A DNA stretch of 64,000 bases from an uncultured Gemmatimonadales bacterium (GCA_963810165.1 CAWEMG010000017.1:7229-71228); one strand, 5' to 3'; counted from the first letter of the stretch, positions 32,124-41,017 are shown. A program made the numbers and translations. The notes: generated from the sequence alone by a model not told the origin.

Positions 32124-32930
32124 CTAGCGGCTCAGCAGCCCGGCATCGATCACCAGCGGAGCGCCCGTTACATACCGCGCCCGGTCCGACGCCAGGTACA
32201 GCACCGCGTGGGCCACGTCCTCAGGCTCGATCCAGGGCACCGGCAGGAGGTTGCCCGCAGACCGCTCCGCGATCTGCTGGGGCGTCAGCCCTTCCAGCGC
32301 GGCCAGGCCATCGTTCATCGGGGTGTTTACCCCGGTGGGATGGATCGAGTTCACCCGGATGCCGTGCGGCGCAAGCTCGATCGCCCAGGACTTGGTGAGA
32401 CCGGTCAGGCCCCACTTCGAAGCGGCGTAGTGGCTCAGTCGTCCCATGCCGCGAAGGCCGGCGATGGACGAGTTGTTGATGATCACCCCCGATCCCTGCC
32501 GGATCATGACGGGGATCACCCGACGCGCCACCAGCCACGACCCCTTCAGATTGATGTCCAGCATGGCGTCCCACGCCTCTTCGGTGAGCTCGTGGGCCAG
32601 CCCGTAGGCGCAGATGCCGGCGTTGTTGAAGAGGATATCGATCCTGCCGAACCGGTCTACTGTGCCGGTCACCGCGTGAGTTACGGCGGCATCGTCGCGG
32701 ACATCCCCGGCAAAGGTGGCGCATTCGGTGTCGAGCTTCCGGCACTCCTCGGCCAGCGAGTCGAGATCGGACGCCGAGCCCATGCTGTAACCGGGATATT
32801 TCAGAGGGCGGGCGATATCGAACCCGGCAATTCGCGCTCCCTCTCGGGCCAGCGCCAGGGCGGTGGCCCGTCCCTGCCCGTGGGCCGCTCCGGTGATGAA
32901 CGCGACCTTGCCGGCGAACTCGCCCGTCAT
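32124..32930 (-). CDS. SDR oxidoreductase of the carveol-dehydrogenase / mycofactocin-coupled-like subfamily
   Basis: GKVAFITGAAHGQGRA, inserted YPGYSMGSASDLD segment, NNAG, SHYAASK (YxxxK). Confidence 0.8.
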   Translation of the reverse strand: MTGEFAGKVAFITGAAHGQGRATALALAREGARIAGFDIARPLKYPGYSMGSASDLDSLAEECRKLDTECATFAGDVRDDAAVTHAVTGTVDRFGRIDILFNNAGICAYGLAHELTEEAWDAMLDINLKGSWLVARRVIPVMIRQGSGVIINNSSIAGLRGMGRLSHYAASKWGLTGLTKSWAIELAPHGIRVNSIHPTGVNTPMNDGLAALEGLTPQQIAERSAGNLLPVPWIEPEDVAHAVLYLASDRARYVTGAPLVIDAGLLSR

Positions 32931-33483
32931 ACCGGCTTGCCGGCCGTGGCAGCCTCGCGTACACCCTTTCGATACGGCTGAAGATACTCGTCCAGGTCGA
33001 CGTCGAGCGCGTTATTGAAGACGTTGGTGGCCACCATGAGCGCGCCGAACGCCGTGAGCGCCACGATTTGAGTCCGTTGGAAATGAGCAGCCAACCGCTG
33101 ATACACCTCCTCTGGCACCTTGAAGGGGACACCGCCAGAGCCCGCCCGAAGTCCACCACCGCTGTCTCCCGGTCGTCCAGCTTGAGACGCTCCGGATTCT
33201 CACCGGTCTGGATCAGCATCCGCCGGAAGAAGGTGGAACAGATGAGGCAGTCGCTTTCGGCCGAGATCGCGTGGGCGAAGAGCGTGGTCAGCCGCTCTCC
33301 CAGGAATGGCTGCACCGTGTCGCGGAGCGGATACCACTCCATCAGCGCGTTAAAGGCGGGCAGCGAGTGCAGCAGCGTCCGCTTCATGTTGGTCATGCGG
33401 GCGTGGCCGCGGACGTGTGCATCCGCCGCCGCGCGCGCATCAGGCGGCGCGTTCTCGGGGTCGAGCGGCTCGATACGGGGCAT
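32927..33483 (-). CDS. carboxymuconolactone decarboxylase/AhpD-like family protein, frameshifted
   Basis: ATG 33483; MPRIEPLDPENAPPDARAA..., CLIC (CxxC). Tail PEEVYQRLAAHFQRTQIVALTAFGALMVATNVF is in ORF 32927..33118. Break about 33125-33135. TGA overlaps the SDR ATG (ATGA 32927-32930). Confidence 0.7.
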
Positions 33484-33541
33484 GCTGGAAGGCTCCGAGC
33501 TAGGGGCGATCCGGCAATTTAGATCGGGAAAGCCCCGGGTG

Positions 33542-34150
33542 TCAGAGGACGCGGCGGGAAGCGACGTGCCGGGCCAGGTACCACTTGCCCCGCGGAGTCG
33601 ACAGGTCGTCGTATACCACGCCCCCGGCGCCGGCACTCGAATGGATAATGCGGTTGTTTCCGGCGTAGATGGCGACATGGTCCACTCCACGGCCCTTGCT
33701 GGAGAACAGCATCAGGTCGCCGGGCTTGAGAGCGGTGGGGGTACGAGGCAGGGCTCGCCCTGCTGTGGCCTGCTGGCGGGAAGTGCGGGGCAAGCTCACG
33801 CCATGTTGACCAAACACGTACTGCACGAAACCGGAGCAATCGAAACCAACAGCCGGCTTGGCGCCGCCATACAGATAGCGCTTCCCGAGATACTGGTCTC
33901 CGGTGGCCAGCACGCGGGTGGCGCTGGCGCTCGCCGTTGTGCGCGGCAACCGCGCCCTGGGAGTCGAGCGGGCCGGTTTGGCGGCGCGAACGCTGACCCG
34001 GCTGCCACCGAGGGTAGCGACGACTGCGATAGGACCGAGGGTTGCTCGCACGGCGGGACCGCCGAGGCGGGGAAGCGACAGATTGACCTGCGCAGACAAC
34101 ACGCTCGGGAGCCCCGCCAGGAGCGGCAGAGTACAAGCGATTAGTCTCAT
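33542..34150 (-). CDS. NlpC/P60 (C40) cell-wall peptidase
   Basis: ATG 34150; signal MRLIACTLPLLAGLPSVLSAQ; catalytic FDCSGFVQYVF and DHVAIY. Confidence 0.85.
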   Translation of the reverse strand: MRLIACTLPLLAGLPSVLSAQVNLSLPRLGGPAVRATLGPIAVVATLGGSRVSVRAAKPARSTPRARLPRTTASASATRVLATGDQYLGKRYLYGGAKPAVGFDCSGFVQYVFGQHGVSLPRTSRQQATAGRALPRTPTALKPGDLMLFSSKGRGVDHVAIYAGNNRIIHSSAGAGGVVYDDLSTPRGKWYLARHVASRRVL

Positions 34151-37102
34151 TGTGACCTCACTCACTGAGTGACCGGGAGCGGTCAATGCAGGAGGTATGC
34201 CAAGATCCTCCAGCACCAGGCCCGCCTCGGTGATAAACAGATGCCCCTGAGCGCGGTAGCCGCCTCGCTGCTCGGCGTAAGTCAACACCAGTCGCGACTT
34301 GGCGCGGGTCATTCCCACGTAGAGCAGTCGACGGGCCTCCTGGATCTCGGCGGTTCGATCCTCCTGAATCGCCCTCCAGCCGGGAAGCACCTGGTTCTCG
34401 ACACCCACGACGTAGACCCGGGAGAATTCCAGACCCTTGGTCGAATGGAGGGTCAGCAGATTCACACGGTTGGGATCGGTCTCAGCCCCTTCGCTGCTCG
34501 ATAGCGCTACCCGGCGCAGCATATCGTCGATGTGCTCGCCGAGAGTATTTCCAGCGCTGGCCTGTATCAGCATTCGGAGGCGCTCGACGGAATCCGGGTA
34601 GCGCTCATCCACGGGGCGATCCTCGCGCAAGCGCTCCATGAGTGCGCGGCCTCCAAGCCGCTCGATCACTTCCTCGAGCCCAGGCGCGCCTTCGGCACCC
34701 GCGGCAAGCTCGGCAGCGTAGATGTCCAGGCAGTCGCTGTACCGGCCAAGGGTGAAGGGCCGGGTGATGTCACGAAAGAGAGTCTCTTCCTTGGAAGGGG
34801 AGATCTGCGGATCGAGCGCCAGCGCCAGACCGAGCTGGTCCAGAAGGTGGACCAGAGCAACCGTGCGGGCACGGCGCACCCTCAGCTCGTTGAGCCTGGG
34901 CACGACCGCGGCGAGTACGACGGCGTCGTCGAGTGCGTGATGCTCTCTGCCGGGAGGAATGTTGTACCTCTCGGCGAGGTACTTGAGCTTGACGCTGCCA
35001 TCGACCACGGCGCGTGCCAGTGGGAGGGTGTCGTAGAAAACCAGCTCATCGAACCCCTCGAAGCCACCGCAGGCGCGCCGAAGAACCGGAACATCGAACT
35101 CCTGTCCGTTGTGTGCCACGACGAGGTCGCTTCCCACGAACTCGCGGAACCTCCGCCACACTTCGGACATCGGCGGCGCGCCGATCAGGTCCGCATCGGT
35201 GTAGCCGTGTATATCGGTGGCCTGCGACGAGATGGAGCGGCTACACGACACCAGGGAATGGAACTGATCCACCACCACGTTGTCCGCGAACCCGTACCGC
35301 CGCAATGTCTACGATCTGGGACGATTCGAAATCAAAGTCGCTGGTCTCGATATCGAAGGCGACAAAGTCGTCGAAATCGGCTTTCAGGGCCTCGGTGTGT
35401 ACCAGTTGAAGCGCCTTGAACAACCGGAGCGGTGACCCCCCGTCGGGGTCTTGGACGGCCCGTAGTACCAGATCGGCCAGCTCCGGGCACGTCGGCGGAC
35501 GTGAGCCGGTGAGCGCGAGTTATCCCCGCGCCTCGGAGCATGGCGATCAAGGGGATCTCGAGACCAGCTCTCGGTTCGACCCAGACCCGCCCTTCCGAGG
35601 CAACGCACTGCGTCAGTCGCTTGGCCAGGGCAAGAGCCCCCGGATAAAGCGATGGCTCCCTCAGATCATGATGGTACTCCTCCAGTGGATTCCGCCCGGC
35701 CCCGATGGGCCGCGCGAGCAGCTCATCCACCAGGCCGGTCAAGGATTGGTGAGACCGGCCCATGCCCCGCAGATTTTCCAAGTGATAGATCAAACGCCAC
35801 ACCCGTCTCCGGTCGGCATCGCCTTTGGGTCGTTGAGTGGCGAAGGCGCGCAGGTTCCTGAGAAAGTCCTTCTCTCTGGATGAGGCTTTGCGGATTTCCT
35901 GCCGCAGGGCGGGACTGAGAGCCAGAGCTGCCAGCGCTCCCAGCAGGATTGGGTCATCCGGCGAGCGAATGACACGCAAGGACGCGATTACCCATCCGAC
36001 GACTTTGTCGTCGACCAGGGCTTGGCCGCGGGCCATCCGACAGGGGATTCCCGCCCGAATCAACCGCTTCTCGAGATCCCGTCCCATCCAGCGGTACCGG
36101 TAGAGAATGGCATAGTCACCCCAGCCGGTGTCTCCCGTTGCGCGCTCGCTCAGAATGTCCCGAATGAGCCACTCGGCCTCGACTTCTTCGTTCTCGAATC
36201 CGCACGCCACCACCTCGAAGGGCGACTTCAGTGTGGTGTCGATCTGCTTTTCGAACAGTACCGGATTGCAGGCGATCAGTCTCCGGGCAGACTCCAGAAT
36301 CTGAACCGAGCATCTGCGGTTCTCCTCGAGCACGATCGGCTCGCGGAGATTGAAGTCCTCACGGAACCGGCCCATGATGCCGGGATCGGCACCGGTCCAC
36401 GAGAAAATCGATTGCTCGTCGTCTCCCACGCCAAAGAGACGGCGGTGGTCCTCGGCAAGCCGGCGGACGATGCCATACTGGGTCGGACTCAGATCCTGGA
36501 ACTCATCCACCAGCACGTAATCCCAGCGTGAGCGCAGCTCCTTGGCCGCGCTCTCATTGGTGCGAAGAAGTTTCTCGGTCAGCGTGATGAGATCATCGAA
36601 ATCCGCCAGATTCCTGGACCGCAGCGCCTCCTGGTACTGCCCGAAGAACGCCATGCCACGGTCGCTCAGTACCTTGCCTTGTAACTGGTGGAGACTGAAC
36701 TGCGTCGAGCGCGTGGGAGCATCGCTTGGCTGGAATGCGGAGCCGGCGCAGCACCCGCTCCTGGTACTCGCGGTCTGCCACGCCGAAGCCTGGTCGCAGG
36801 CCGCACCGCTCGGCGTAGTCCCGCAGGATCCTGAGGCAAATCGAATGCAGCGTCCCGCGGGTGACGTCGGCCGCGGTGACTCCCCGGGTGTCATGAAGGC
36901 GGGTGGCGATCTCCTCGGCAGCCTTGTTGGTAAAGGTCACTGCGAGAATTCGGCGTGGCGGGATGCCCAGCTCTTCGATCAGATGCTGGATGCGGTAGAT
37001 CAGGCAGTAGGTTTTCCCGGCTCCAGGGCCCGCAATGACCAGAAGCGGGCCCAGTGGCGCCTCGATCGCTCTGCGCTGCTCAGGGGTCGGCGCGAAACTC
37101 AT
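34151..37102 (-). pseudogene. UvrD/PcrA-family helicase with a DEDDh 3'-5' exonuclease domain nested between helicase motifs IV and V (at least 3 frame breaks as assembled)
   Basis: Helicase motifs: VIAGPGAGKTY (I), VTFTNKAAEE (Ia), VLVDEFQDL (II), GVGDDEQSIFSW (III), ENRRCS (IV), LHSTKGLEFSRVYV (V), LLYVGMTRAKSRLVL (VI). Exonuclease motifs: FVAFDIETSD (ExoI), VAHNGQEFDVPVL (ExoII), HHALDDAVVLA (ExoIII). Breaks about 36720, 35520 and 35285. No stop codon before the NlpC/P60 ATG in the final frame. Confidence 0.8.
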
Positions 37103-37782
37103 CAGCGGGCAGTACCGACGAAGGAGCGGGCCCACCGAACCAGAGCCTCAGCCAGCTCTTCCATCACAGAGCCGGCCGTGCGCCCGGATCGAGACGGAAC
37201 CCCGAACGAGTGGTCGGCCCCTTCGACGAGATGAAGTGTTGCGCGCGATCCCAGCCGCGAGCAGACCTCGGTGATGAGGTCCTGCTGGGCAAATTGATCA
37301 CGGGTTCCCTGAAGGAAGAGCATCGGTACATCAACCCTTTCGAGGTGCTCGGCCCGGCTGGTACCTGGTTTACCTGGAGGGTGAAGCGGAAACCCCAGAA
37401 ATGCCAGCCCGCGGATCCCCGGTAGCGAGGTGGCGGCCGCACCCGACGTCATGCGTCCGCCGAATGATTTGCCGCCCGCGATAACCGGGAGATCCGGCTC
37501 CAGCTCCTGAGCCTGGCTGACTGCTGAGCGCACTGTTGCTTCGGCGGTAGCGGGAGCGTCCGGCCGACGTGCTCCGGCCTCCATATAGGGAAACTGGTAG
37601 CGCAGGGTGGCGACCTCTCGCTCTGCCAGCGCCATGGCCATCGACTCGAGAAACCGATGGCGCATCCCCGCCCCGGCGCCGTGGGCCAGAACGTAGAGCA
37701 GCCAGGGATGGCGTGGACGGTCGAGTAAAGCTGACACCGGAGCCCGGCCACCATCGAGCAGGATCTTGAGCTCTTCAGTCAT
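37102..37782 (-). CDS. COG3571-type alpha/beta hydrolase (KANL3/Tex30-like)
   Basis: VLAHGAGAGMRHRF, AGGKSFGGRM, FLGFPLHPPGKP and LFLQGTRDQF. TGA overlaps the helicase ATG (37102). Confidence 0.7.
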   Translation of the reverse strand: MTEELKILLDGGRAPVSALLDRPRHPWLLYVLAHGAGAGMRHRFLESMAMALAEREVATLRYQFPYMEAGARRPDAPATAEATVRSAVSQAQELEPDLPVIAGGKSFGGRMTSGAAATSLPGIRGLAFLGFPLHPPGKPGTSRAEHLERVDVPMLFLQGTRDQFAQQDLITEVCSRLGSRATLHLVEGADHSFGVPSRSGRTAGSVMEELAEALVRWARSFVGTAR

Positions 37783-38827
37783 GCGACGCGGCGCCAGATC
37801 GAGCCCTTACACACTCCTCCATGCGCTTGTCATTCCGGAACCGCAGGAACACGGGCTGTCGCAGTAGCCCATCGTCCGTCCGCTCTGTGAACTTCACTTC
37901 GCACACCAGCCGAGGCTCGACCCAGGTGAGCCCCCGTTCCTGCGGGATCGGCCCACCGCACGGTGCGCGCGCGCGGCGGGTCTCTTCCAGGGTAGCTCGA
38001 ACCTGGGTCAGTTGCCTGTCGCTAAAGCCGGTTCCAGCCCGTCCGGAATAGGTGAGGATGCCGTCCACGTATTGTCCGAGTAGCAACGCGCCGAATCCGG
38101 TCCGCGCCCCCCTGGACGCAGTAAAGCCCACCACGACGAAGTCATCGGAGAGACGAGTGCGGATCTTCAGCCAGCTGGGAGACCGGCCGCTGCGATAGGG
38201 CGAGTCCGCTCGCTTCGCCAGAATTCCTTCCAGACCCAGCTTCAGGACCTCCTGATAAAGCAGCTCCCCGTCCCCCTCGACGTGGTCGAGGTAGCGTATC
38301 ACCCCTCCCGCAGACAGGAGCTTCAGCAGCAGTGCCTTTCGGGTCGAGAGCGGGAGAGGCCGCAAGTCGAAGCCTTCAGCAGCAAGAAGATCGAACGCAA
38401 AGAAGGTCGCGGGGATCTCGACGGCGGCCTGACGGATATCGAGGCTCCGGGTCAGCTTGGCACGCTGCTGAAGCCGTTGAAAGCTGGGCCGGCCGGAGCC
38501 ATCGAGCGCCACCACTTCGCCGTCAAGGACCAGGCCGTCTACGGGGAGGGCCGCTACCGCACGGCTCACTTCGGGAAATCCGGCCGAGAGATCGTTACCG
38601 TTGCGGGAGAAGAGCCGCGGCTTTCCCGAGACGCAGGTAGCCAGCAGGCGATACCCATCCAGCTTGAGCTCAAACAGCCATGCAGGGTCTGAGAAGGGGC
38701 GCTCCCTTGGCTCGGCCAGCATCAGGGGCGCGGTTTCGGCATTGATATCCCTTCTCGGCGGGCTTAGCCGCTCGAGGGCGGCGCGAATGCCGAGGGGGGA
38801 AAGCGGGCCGGATTTGGACTCAGGCAT
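37775..38827 (-). CDS. ATP-dependent DNA ligase (LigD ligase-domain/LigC-type; no Pol or PE domain)
   Basis: Adenylation motif I ELKLDGYRLLA, GLVLDGEVV, FFAFDLL, EGILAKR, WLKIR, OB-fold tail. 350 aa. Confidence 0.9.
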   Translation of the reverse strand: MPESKSGPLSPLGIRAALERLSPPRRDINAETAPLMLAEPRERPFSDPAWLFELKLDGYRLLATCVSGKPRLFSRNGNDLSAGFPEVSRAVAALPVDGLVLDGEVVALDGSGRPSFQRLQQRAKLTRSLDIRQAAVEIPATFFAFDLLAAEGFDLRPLPLSTRKALLLKLLSAGGVIRYLDHVEGDGELLYQEVLKLGLEGILAKRADSPYRSGRSPSWLKIRTRLSDDFVVVGFTASRGARTGFGALLLGQYVDGILTYSGRAGTGFSDRQLTQVRATLEETRRARAPCGGPIPQERGLTWVEPRLVCEVKFTERTDDGLLRQPVFLRFRNDKRMEECVRARSGAASHD

Positions 38828-38902
38828 GGACCAAATTTAGCTTATATAGACATCCCCGAACCTCTCCTTGCGGGCTCCCGCTTTGCGGGATATAGGAACC
38901 TT
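38828..38902. promoter_or_regulatory. divergent ligase/ku control region, AT-rich, possible leaderless starts
   Basis: 75 nt. ATATAG hexamers at 38844-38849 and 38890-38895; the latter ends 7 nt before the ku ATG. TAAATT on the minus strand lies 6 nt before the ligase ATG. No Shine-Dalgarno visible for either gene. Confidence 0.35.
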
Positions 38903-39766
38903 ATGCCTCCCCGTCCAATCGCCTCGGCCAGCATCTCGTTCGGCCTCGTGTCGGTCCCGGTAAGCCTCTACTCGGCCAGCGAGTCGTCGGCCAACGTCAG
39001 CTTCAACATGCTGCACAAGACCTGTGGCAGCCGGTTGAAGCAGCAGTACATCTGCCCCCAGGAAGGCGGCGTGGTGGAAAAGGACGAGATCGCCAAAGGC
39101 TACGAGTTCTCCAAGGGTCAGTACGTCACCTTTACTCCCGAGGAGATCAAGGCCCTGGATGAGAAGGCCACCAACTCGATTGATATCGCCGAATTCGTGC
39201 CCCTCGACGCGGTAGACCGGATGTACCTGGACAAGGTGTACTACCTGGGCCCGGACAAGGGTGGGGACCGGGCGTACCGGCTGCTGGGAGAGGCCCTCAA
39301 AGTCACTGGCCGAGCTGCGCTGGGGCAGTACTCCGCGCGTGGCAAGCAACACCTGGTGCTGGTCCGGCCGTTGGACGGCGTCTTGGTCATGGAGCAGCTG
39401 CATTATCCCGCCGAGCTCCGGCCGGCTGCGGAGGTCCCGCACCCGGAGACTCCGGTCAAGGAGACCGAGCTTGCCCTGGCCAAACAGCTGATCGAACAAT
39501 CGTCAACCGACGACTTCCGCCCGGAGAACTATCACGATACGGTGCGGGAGCGAGTGATCGACGCGATCCAGCGAAAGGTCGAGGGCCAGGAGATTACGGC
39601 AGAGGCTCCGCCGCCGGAAACGAAGATCATAGATCTGATGGACGCGCTGAAGGCCAGCCTGGCCAAGCAAGGGGCGGCAGCCTCCGAGAAAAAGTCCTCC
39701 AAACGTGGGGACGAGGACGAGGAGGAGTCGGTGCCGAGGAAGCGAAAGGCGGGAGGCAGGGGCTAG
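38903..39766 (+). CDS. ku: Ku protein (non-homologous end joining)
   Basis: ISFGLVSVPVSLYSA, KGYEF, YVTFTPEEI, YLDKVYYLGPDKGG and a basic Lys/Arg C-terminal tail. Confidence 0.95.
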   Translation: MPPRPIASASISFGLVSVPVSLYSASESSANVSFNMLHKTCGSRLKQQYICPQEGGVVEKDEIAKGYEFSKGQYVTFTPEEIKALDEKATNSIDIAEFVPLDAVDRMYLDKVYYLGPDKGGDRAYRLLGEALKVTGRAALGQYSARGKQHLVLVRPLDGVLVMEQLHYPAELRPAAEVPHPETPVKETELALAKQLIEQSSTDDFRPENYHDTVRERVIDAIQRKVEGQEITAEAPPPETKIIDLMDALKASLAKQGAAASEKKSSKRGDEDEEESVPRKRKAGGRG

Positions 39767-39795
39767 GTCTCGACTCGCGACTCGCGACTCGAGAC
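39767..39795. repeat. 29-nt near-perfect palindrome built from CTCGCGA repeats
   Basis: GTCTCGA-CTCGCGA-CTCGCGA-CTCGAGAC; 14-nt arms with one mismatch. Lies between the ku stop and the DUF72 ATG (39800). Confidence 0.6.
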
Positions 39796-39799
39796 TTCC

Positions 39800-40522
39800 A
39801 TGAACATCCTGACCGGCACCAGCGGGTGGTCGTACAAGGAGTGGAGGGGAAGCTTCTACCCCGCCAAGCAGCCGGCCGAAGACATGCTTCGCTTCTACGC
39901 GGGAAATTTTCCCGCCGTCGAAGTCAACAACTCGTTCTATCGCATCCCCGCAGAGCGGGTCTTGGCAAACTGGGCCGAACAGGTGCCCGAGACCTTCCGC
40001 TTCATCATGAAGGCATCCCGACGGATAACCCACAGTAACCGCCTGAAGGACGAGGACGGCTCGCTGGGGTACTTTCTGCGCGCGATAAATCCGCTGGGTA
40101 AGCGACTCGGCCCTACCCTGTTTCAGCTACCGCCCAACTTCCAGAAAGACATCGACCGGCTGCGAGCCTTTCTGGCGGCGCTGCCCCGCCAGTGGCCGGC
40201 CGCAATGGAGTTTCGCCATTCGTCCTGGTTCGTGGATGAGGTTTACGACCTGCTCAGCCAGCGGGATGTCGCCCTGGTGGCGGTAGATGAAGAGGAGTCG
40301 GAGGGCAGCGGCTCACCGCTGGTACCCACCGCTTCGTGGGGGTATCTGAGACTGCGACGCGCTGCGTACGACGAGCCGGCATTGGAGCAGTGGGTCTCCC
40401 GGATTCGAGAAAACCGGTGGACCGATGCCTATGTCTTTCTCAAGCATGAGGATGGCAGCCCCACTGGACCCGCAGCAGCCGCCCACATGGGCCGCATCGT
40501 CGCCCAACAGTCGCAAACGTGA
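39800..40522 (+). CDS. DUF72 (YecE-like) protein, second copy
   Basis: ILTGTSGWSYKEWRGSFYP, VEVNNSFYRIP, FQLPPNF and MEFRHSSW. Confidence 0.85.
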   Translation: MNILTGTSGWSYKEWRGSFYPAKQPAEDMLRFYAGNFPAVEVNNSFYRIPAERVLANWAEQVPETFRFIMKASRRITHSNRLKDEDGSLGYFLRAINPLGKRLGPTLFQLPPNFQKDIDRLRAFLAALPRQWPAAMEFRHSSWFVDEVYDLLSQRDVALVAVDEEESEGSGSPLVPTASWGYLRLRRAAYDEPALEQWVSRIRENRWTDAYVFLKHEDGSPTGPAAAAHMGRIVAQQSQT

Positions 40523-40607
40523 CCGAGGTCACGACCCCGAACGACCTCCTGGGCTAGAGTGTGCGTCCGTGGAAGAAGCACACCGTGCATAGCTCACGGA
40601 GGAAACA

Positions 40608-40964
40608 ATGGCAAACAAGATCAACAGCTGGAACGATGAGGACAACTGGTGGCGCAGCAACTTCAGTTCTCGGCCCTATGCCACCGGCCGCAGCTATGAG
40701 GATTTCCGTCCCGGCTACCAGTACGGCTTCGAATCAGGCCAGCACCACATGGGTCGGAAGTGGAATGACGTCGAATCAGACCTGAAGACCGGCTGGGACC
40801 GGTTCCAGAGTCGGGGTAACAGCACCTGGGAGAACGTGAAGGACGCAGTTCGCGATGCCTGGCATCGCGTGACCGGGCAGAAAGATCTCGATACCAGCCG
40901 CATGAGTGAGGCGAGCCGTACCTCCGGGTCGGACCCGTTTGGACCGGGCAATCGCGGCCGTTAG
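40608..40964 (+). CDS. Trp/Arg-rich hypothetical stress-type protein
   Basis: MANKINSWNDEDNWWRSNF...GWDRFQSRGNSTWENVKDAVRDAWHRVTG. Followed by a terminator. Confidence 0.5.
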   Translation: MANKINSWNDEDNWWRSNFSSRPYATGRSYEDFRPGYQYGFESGQHHMGRKWNDVESDLKTGWDRFQSRGNSTWENVKDAVRDAWHRVTGQKDLDTSRMSEASRTSGSDPFGPGNRGR

Positions 40965-40982
40965 TGGACTATGAGGAAAATG

Positions 40983-41017
40983 GAGCCCGGGACGAGTGTC
41001 CCGGGCTCGTCCTTTTG
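40983..41017 (+). terminator. rho-independent terminator
   Basis: GAGCCCGGGAC-GAGT-GTCCCGGGCTC followed by GTCCTTTTGTG. Confidence 0.6.

Noticed and set aside
32221-33690. 489-aa ORF
   Set aside because: A composite. It is real only for the AhpD-like N-terminal part (33483 down to about 33130). The remainder reads out of frame across the SDR gene.
33542-35305. Genuine helicase-NlpC/P60 fusion protein
   Set aside because: An internal signal peptide and a separate ATG at 34150 argue for two genes. The missing stop is probably an indel artefact.
38837-39499. 220-aa minus-strand ORF
   Set aside because: Antisense to ku.
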